Below are positions 8,171 to 12,417 of a stretch of 12,417 nucleotides of DNA, piece after piece. A model generated the notes under the pieces. It had not been told where the DNA came from and searched no databases. It saw nothing but the letters and a program-made list of their open reading frames with translations. A program made the translations under genes and the position numbers. The stretch is from Candidatus Odinarchaeia archaeon (GTDB taxonomy: Archaea; Asgardarchaeota; Odinarchaeia; Odinarchaeales; Odinarchaeaceae): contig JAHQXC010000038.1 in assembly GCA_029856525.1 (NCBI GenBank), positions 1-12,417 on the forward strand, written 5' to 3'. How positions within the stretch are numbered: the first letter of the stretch is position 1; every line of letters starts with the position of its first letter.

Positions 8171-8229
8171 TTAAAGTCGTTTAGTAATACGGATAATAGA
8201 ATATAATAGTTTTAGAAGACGGTTAAAAT

Positions 8230-8646
8230 ATGAATATAACAGGTAAAGCTCGTTTAAAATCACCTTGGCTGTTTCATTTAAACACAGGGTCATGTAACGG
8301 ATGCGATATTGAAATACTAGCAGCGCTTACACCTAGATACGACGCGGAGAGATTCGGGTGCATGCTAGTAGCGTCAATTCGACACGCAGATATACTCCTC
8401 TTAACAGGCCCGGTTACAACTCAAATGCATGAGAGATTGCTAAGAGTATACGAGCAGATGCCTGAGCCTAAAGCGGTTGTAGCGGTAGGGTCATGCGCTG
8501 TTTCAGGAGGCGTCTACACAGGCAGCCCTGTAGTCGACGGTCCAGCCGACAAGTTTATGCCAGTAGACGTGTACGTAGCCGGATGCCCGCCTAGACCTGA
8601 AGCGATAGTTAAAGGTATCTTAGAAGCCCTCAGAAAATTCAGGTGA
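8230..8646 (+). CDS. Group 4 [NiFe]-hydrogenase small subunit (NuoB/HycG/MbhJ/EchC-like), 138 aa
   Basis: GSCNGCDIE, RFG....S.RHAD.LL.TGPVT, VGSCA.SGG and GCPPRPEAI; ligands for one [4Fe-4S] cluster. Confidence 0.93.
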   Translation: MNITGKARLKSPWLFHLNTGSCNGCDIEILAALTPRYDAERFGCMLVASIRHADILLLTGPVTTQMHERLLRVYEQMPEPKAVVAVGSCAVSGGVYTGSPVVDGPADKFMPVDVYVAGCPPRPEAIVKGILEALRKFR

Positions 8647-9848
8647 AAAAATTGGATGCACGGAACATAGACTACGAGTACTCTAGGCTAATACTACCAG
8701 TAGGACCAGTCCACCCTTCTCTAAAAGAACCCGTGAATTTAAGTGTAACAGTTGTAAACGAGGAGATCGTTGACGTAAACGTGAAGTTAAATTACATTTA
8801 CCGTGGAATAGAATACTTAGCGGAGCGTCGTAACATAGCGCAGACTATTTATTTAGTTGAGAGAATCTGCGGGTTATGCTCTCAAGCCCATAGTTTAACT
8901 TTCATTCAAGCTTTAGAGGAGATCGCGAATATTCAACCACCTGAGAGAGCTGAGTTCATACGAGTTATATGCGCGGAGCTGGAGAGAATACACAGCCACA
9001 TGCTTCTACTAGGCGTAGTAGCCTATGATATAGGCTTAGACACACTCTTCATGTACGCTTTCAAATCAAGGGAGACGGTTATGGATCTGCTTGAAAAAAT
9101 TTCAGGTAAACGAGTCCACCATGATTTAAACACGATCGGAGGTGTGAGATTCGATATCGACGAGGATTTAAGACGCCTGATAATTAAAGAATTAAAATAT
9201 GTGAAGAGAAACCTCGACTACATATCCGAGGTTTTAGAAGATGCGACGGTGGAGAACAGGCTGAGAGAAGTCGGAGTGCTCCCTTCGAAAATAGCTGAAG
9301 AGTTATCTGTAGTCGGGCCGACTGCACGCGGCTCAGGTTTAACTAAAGACGTTCGATTCAACAGGTCTTATTCAGTTTACCGCGATTACAAGAACAGTTT
9401 TAAAATCGTTGTGTTAAAAGACGGGGATTGCCTGGCACGCGTTAAAATAAGAGTTCTAGAAGTATACGAGTCGATAAGTTTAATTGAAACACTGCTAGAT
9501 AACATGCCGGATACGCCTATAAGAATAGGTGAGAGAATACTTAAAATAATTAAAAGAATACCTGTAGGCGAAGCCATATCAATAGTTGAGGCTCCGCGCG
9601 GTCAGCTAGCACACTACGTTTATACGAATGGAGGGGAAGGGTTGAAGAGGCTCTCGGTTAGAACGCCGACGATACCTAATATAACAGCTGTTAAATATAT
9701 GTTAATGCACAGGCAGATAGCGGATATACCTGTAGTATTCTCATCTATAGACCCGTGTATAAGCTGCGCGAATAGAGTTACAGTCACAGACGCTGCTAAG
9801 AATAAAACTATAATAGTTAACTTAGAGAATCTTAGAAGGCGGATGTGA
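8643..9848 (+). CDS. Group 4 [NiFe]-hydrogenase large (catalytic) subunit, about 400 aa; start is GTG 8643 or TTG 8652
   Basis: L1 motif RICGLC (Cys at 8868 and 8877), L2 motif DPCISCANR (Cys at 9756 and 9765), plus GP.HP...EP, ELERIHSH and EAPRG. AGGTGA 8641-8646 could serve as SD for TTG 8652. Confidence 0.93.
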   Translation: MKKLDARNIDYEYSRLILPVGPVHPSLKEPVNLSVTVVNEEIVDVNVKLNYIYRGIEYLAERRNIAQTIYLVERICGLCSQAHSLTFIQALEEIANIQPPERAEFIRVICAELERIHSHMLLLGVVAYDIGLDTLFMYAFKSRETVMDLLEKISGKRVHHDLNTIGGVRFDIDEDLRRLIIKELKYVKRNLDYISEVLEDATVENRLREVGVLPSKIAEELSVVGPTARGSGLTKDVRFNRSYSVYRDYKNSFKIVVLKDGDCLARVKIRVLEVYESISLIETLLDNMPDTPIRIGERILKIIKRIPVGEAISIVEAPRGQLAHYVYTNGGEGLKRLSVRTPTIPNITAVKYMLMHRQIADIPVVFSSIDPCISCANRVTVTDAAKNKTIIVNLENLRRRM

Positions 9849-10796
9849 ATGGTTGAATTAATAGAGGTTGCAGCTATATTAGCGGCTATCCCATTATTAA
9901 TATTAGTAAGCCTTTTAGCTGAAGGCTTAGACAGGAAGATCTATGCGAGAATGCAGGGTAGAATAGGGCCGCCGATCCTTCAACCTCTATACGATTTAAT
10001 TAAGCTAGCCGGTAAAGAGAGGATTATACCGGTGACAGCTAAAAGAAACATTTTCATAATAGCACCTTACATCGCATTCCTCTTCTCTATAAGCGCTTTA
10101 GTGATACCGGCGGTCACCTTGATTTCAAACTTGAATTTCACAGGTGATCTAATATTAATAGCTTATATGATGGTTACAGTCACGTTAATGTATATTATAG
10201 GAGGAGCTGTTTCAGGGAACCCTTACAGTTCAATAGGAATGTCTAGAGCGATAGTGATGATGCTAGCCTACGAGATACCTTTACTAGCATGCTTCATCAT
10301 GGTGGCTGTTAAATCAGGTTTAACTTTAGGCTTATATAATATTATAATGGTTCAAATCGAGAGCAGACAGCCTTTAGCGTTTATATATCCTAGTATCGCG
10401 TTAACAGCAGCCGTCTTCCTGCTCTGCACACCAGCAGCCGCAGAGGTTCAACCCTTCGATATACCTGTCGCTAAAACAGAGATAATACACGGACCTCTAA
10501 CAGAGTACACAGGGTTATATCTAGCATTATTTAAATTAGCTAAATCTAATCAAACCCTACTCTTAAATATTTTAAGCGTTATATTATTCTTCTACCCTGT
10601 TTTCACACCGTTAAACTCGAATCTGTTAAATTTAATAATAGTGTTAACTATAGCTTTAATAATAAGATTCTTCACGGTGACTATTCCTAGAGCGGTTTTC
10701 GCCAGGCTTAGAGTAACTGAAGCCCTTAAATTATATTGGATTACGGCGAGTATACTAATACTGTCAGCTGCGATCTTAACAGGGTTGGGGGTTTAA
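9849..10796 (+). CDS. NuoH/HycD/MbhM-like membrane anchor subunit, 315 aa
   Basis: GLDRKIYARMQGRIGPPILQP.YD.IKL..KE, G..SGNPYS..G.SR, AYEIPL, PFD.....EI..GP.TEY.G and R.R motifs. Confidence 0.92.
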   Translation: MVELIEVAAILAAIPLLILVSLLAEGLDRKIYARMQGRIGPPILQPLYDLIKLAGKERIIPVTAKRNIFIIAPYIAFLFSISALVIPAVTLISNLNFTGDLILIAYMMVTVTLMYIIGGAVSGNPYSSIGMSRAIVMMLAYEIPLLACFIMVAVKSGLTLGLYNIIMVQIESRQPLAFIYPSIALTAAVFLLCTPAAAEVQPFDIPVAKTEIIHGPLTEYTGLYLALFKLAKSNQTLLLNILSVILFFYPVFTPLNSNLLNLIIVLTIALIIRFFTVTIPRAVFARLRVTEALKLYWITASILILSAAILTGLGV

Positions 10797-10797
10797 A

Positions 10798-11148
10798 TTG
10801 AAATTATTTAGAGTAGGCCGGATGATAACAGGCGTTTTAAAATCTCTATTCAAGAAACCTGTAACAGTGAAATATTACACGAAACCAGGCGTCCACACAC
10901 CTATCCCGGATAGATTCCGCGGTAGAATAATATATGATTACGACGGTTGCATAGGATGCGCTTTATGCGTTAAAATATGTCCGGCTGGAGCGATTCTAGC
11001 CACACCTGAGAGAAAAGTAAACTTTTATATGGATAGATGCATATTCTGTGGGGAGTGCGCTGAAATATGCCCGGTTAAAGTGATATCGTATTCTAAGGAT
11101 TTCGAGATCACATCTAGTGATAGAAGCCAGCTGACGGTGAGAAAATAG
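10798..11148 (+). CDS. NuoI/HycF/MbhN-like 2x[4Fe-4S] ferredoxin-type subunit, 116 aa, TTG start
   Basis: KP.T..Y...P......RFRGR, CIGCALCVKICP and CIFCGECAEICP. Confidence 0.92.
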   Translation: MKLFRVGRMITGVLKSLFKKPVTVKYYTKPGVHTPIPDRFRGRIIYDYDGCIGCALCVKICPAGAILATPERKVNFYMDRCIFCGECAEICPVKVISYSKDFEITSSDRSQLTVRK

Positions 11149-11164
11149 CGAGGTGAAAGCGTTA

Positions 11165-11641
11165 ATGGGTTCCGATGAGAAAGTAACTTTAAGTATACGT
11201 AACGTTGTTTTCACAAGCTATGAGAGTAAATCTTTAGAAGAGTTTTTAATAGAAAAATACGGTTTCAAGAAAATAGAGGAGAATATAGGAGAGCTCACAC
11301 ATTCGGAGGGAGAGTTCGAGCCTCCACCCCAGTTTAAAGCTTATAAAATCCTAGACCGTAAAAGACAGCGATCAAGCTGCACTATACTATATAGCGGAAG
11401 ATATTTAGAGGAGAGTTTAAGCGTATATTTTCTAGGCGAAGTTGTAAGAGAAAAATACACGGTTCAGTTAACCGAGACAGAGAAGCAGGTAATCCACGTG
11501 AATAAATATCAGATGATTAGAATCGAAGGATTCAGCGGACACGCGATACAGGAGTTCGTAGAGCTTTTAAGAGTTCAACTCGGTTTATCCTTCGAGTCAA
11601 TGGAGTGGAGCTTCCACCCTGAACCTGAAGTTAAAAAATAA
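11165..11641 (+). CDS. Hypothetical soluble protein, about 158 aa, last gene of the hydrogenase operon (ORF track start GTG 11153)
   Basis: Strong SD GAGGTGA at 11150-11156, 8 nt before in-frame ATG 11165 and 2 nt after the stop of the NuoI-like gene. Codon style matches neighbours. No family recognised. Confidence 0.75.
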   Translation: MGSDEKVTLSIRNVVFTSYESKSLEEFLIEKYGFKKIEENIGELTHSEGEFEPPPQFKAYKILDRKRQRSSCTILYSGRYLEESLSVYFLGEVVREKYTVQLTETEKQVIHVNKYQMIRIEGFSGHAIQEFVELLRVQLGLSFESMEWSFHPEPEVKK

Positions 11642-11642
11642 G
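11631..11642 (-). terminator. Possible oligo-T terminator for hsp20
   Basis: Minus strand TATTTTTTAA (T6 at 11638-11633), about 20 nt past the hsp20 stop. Archaeal terminators are typically T-runs. Confidence 0.35.
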
Positions 11643-11658
11643 AGAGCGGTGTTGAAGC

Positions 11659-12105
11659 TCATTGAATCTCGACTGTAAAGCTTTTCTTCTCCTCTTTCTT
11701 CGGAAGCCTAACCTCTAGTACACCGTTCTTATAAGATGCTTTAGCTTTTTCAGCGTCTACAGCTGTAGGTAAAGGCAGCTTCCTGTAAAATTTCCGGTAA
11801 ACTCGTTCACGTCTAATATAGCCTTTCTCCTCCTCTTTCTCCTCGCGTTTAACTTCAGAGGAGATTTCAATACTATCCTCTGAAACTTTTATCTGAATAT
11901 CATCTTTATTTAAACCAGGCATATCAGTGGTGATCACAAGCTCGCTGTCGGTTTCCATGATATCAACGTCAGGGGTTTTAACCTCTATTTCACCGGCTCT
12001 CTCACCTGGAAGAGCAGGGTAAGGCTCCTCCCATATCCTAGACATCATTTCATCCATTCTCTCCCACATGCGTCGAATCTCATCGAAGAAGGATCTCCTC
12101 GCCAT
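11659..12105 (-). CDS. hsp20: Small heat-shock protein (Hsp20, alpha-crystallin domain), about 148 aa; ORF track start is 12120
   Basis: P.VDI.ET..E......MPG..K.DI, ER.Y..F.R...LP..V..E.AKA.Y.NGVLEV.LPK and C-terminal VEI (IXI-like) motif. SD AGGAGGG at 12117-12111 favours ATG 12105. Confidence 0.95.
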   Translation of the reverse strand: MARRSFFDEIRRMWERMDEMMSRIWEEPYPALPGERAGEIEVKTPDVDIMETDSELVITTDMPGLNKDDIQIKVSEDSIEISSEVKREEKEEEKGYIRRERVYRKFYRKLPLPTAVDAEKAKASYKNGVLEVRLPKKEEKKSFTVEIQ

Positions 12106-12124
12106 AGCATCCCTCCTCATCTTA

Positions 12125-12162
12125 AAACTATAATGAAAATATAGTTTAACATATTATATTAA
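12125..12162 (-). promoter_or_regulatory. hsp20 promoter: TATA-like TTAATATA with a downstream 8-bp inverted repeat
   Basis: TTAATATA on the minus strand at 12162-12155. AAACTATA (12125-12132), 7-nt spacer, TATAGTTT (12140-12147). Confidence 0.5.
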
Positions 12163-12166
12163 TACC

Positions 12167-12194
12167 GGTGGAAAATATAAAGGTGACTGCCACC
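12167..12194 (-). terminator. Possible cysS terminator: short GC stem with a T-rich tract
   Basis: Minus strand GGTGGCAGTCACCTTTATATTTTCCACC just after the cysS stop: GGTG/CACC arms followed by TTTATATTTT. Confidence 0.3.
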
Positions 12195-12204
12195 AGTATA
12201 CTAG

Positions 12205-12417
12205 TTAATCTATGATAACGCGGACTCCGCTAGGAGTATCCGCTAATATAACGCCTTCAGATCTCAGAATATCCCTTATACGATCAGCTTTAACCCAGTC
12301 TCCGACTCTTCTAGCCTGCTCCCGCTCCTTTAACAACTCGCGTATTCGACGCGTTAAAACAAGCCGCTTACTCTCATATTTTAAGCCTAAAATATTAGAA
12401 AGCTCGATGAAATTTTT
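12205..12417 (-). CDS. cysS: Cysteinyl-tRNA synthetase, C-terminal anticodon-binding domain (partial, 70 aa; absent from the ORF track)
   Basis: Manual translation KNFIELSNILGLKYESKRLVLTRRIRELLKEREQARRVGDWVKADRIRDILRSEGVILADTPSGVRVIID* matches the CysRS tail pattern R..AR...DW..AD.IRD.L...G..L.D...G. Confidence 0.88.
   Translation of the reverse strand, partial: KNFIELSNILGLKYESKRLVLTRRIRELLKEREQARRVGDWVKADRIRDILRSEGVILADTPSGVRVIID

Noticed and set aside
8643-9848. Interpretation as complex I NuoD, Fpo, Mbx/Mbs or Ehr (non-hydrogenase)
   Set aside because: All four Ni-ligating cysteines and a maturation tail are present.
9386-11214. Minus-strand ORFs 9386-9577 and 10996-11214
   Set aside because: Short antisense shadows of conserved hydrogenase genes.
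1-12417. CRISPR arrays, tRNA/rRNA genes, IS elements, selenocysteine recoding
   Set aside because: No spaced repeats, cloverleaf-like segments or transposase motifs were seen, and no in-frame TGA at a catalytic Cys position; the window is almost fully protein-coding.

Overview
Archaeal genomic window, judged from GGTGA-type Shine-Dalgarno sites, BRE/TATA promoters, AGA/ATA-rich codon use and an archaeal-type Hsp20; the lineage cannot be fixed from sequence alone. After the 3' end of an unknown gene comes an MgtA-family P-type ATPase. It is followed 22 nt later by an eight-subunit membrane-bound, complex I-like group 4 [NiFe]-hydrogenase cluster: NuoC-like, NuoL/HyfB-like, HyfE/NuoK-like, NuoN/HyfF-like, then NuoB-like small subunit, NuoD-like large subunit with all four Ni-binding Cys, NuoH-like, NuoI-like, plus a trailing orphan ORF. 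A DUF72 gene on the opposite strand splits the cluster in two. The window ends with hsp20 and the 3' end of cysS on the minus strand. Main points the ORF track does not show: (1) the NuoL-like gene is about 139 codons longer than called and has no ATG/GTG/TTG start, only ACG/ATA behind a strong SD; (2) several canonical ion-translocation residues appear replaced in the NuoN-, NuoK- and NuoH-like subunits while the NuoL-like subunit keeps them; (3) the MgtA-like pump has Asp in place of the TM4 Glu and may be co-transcribed with the hydrogenase, possibly as a metal supplier; (4) an inverted repeat lies over the hsp20 promoter. Reference residue numbers are from memory and the alignments were done by eye.
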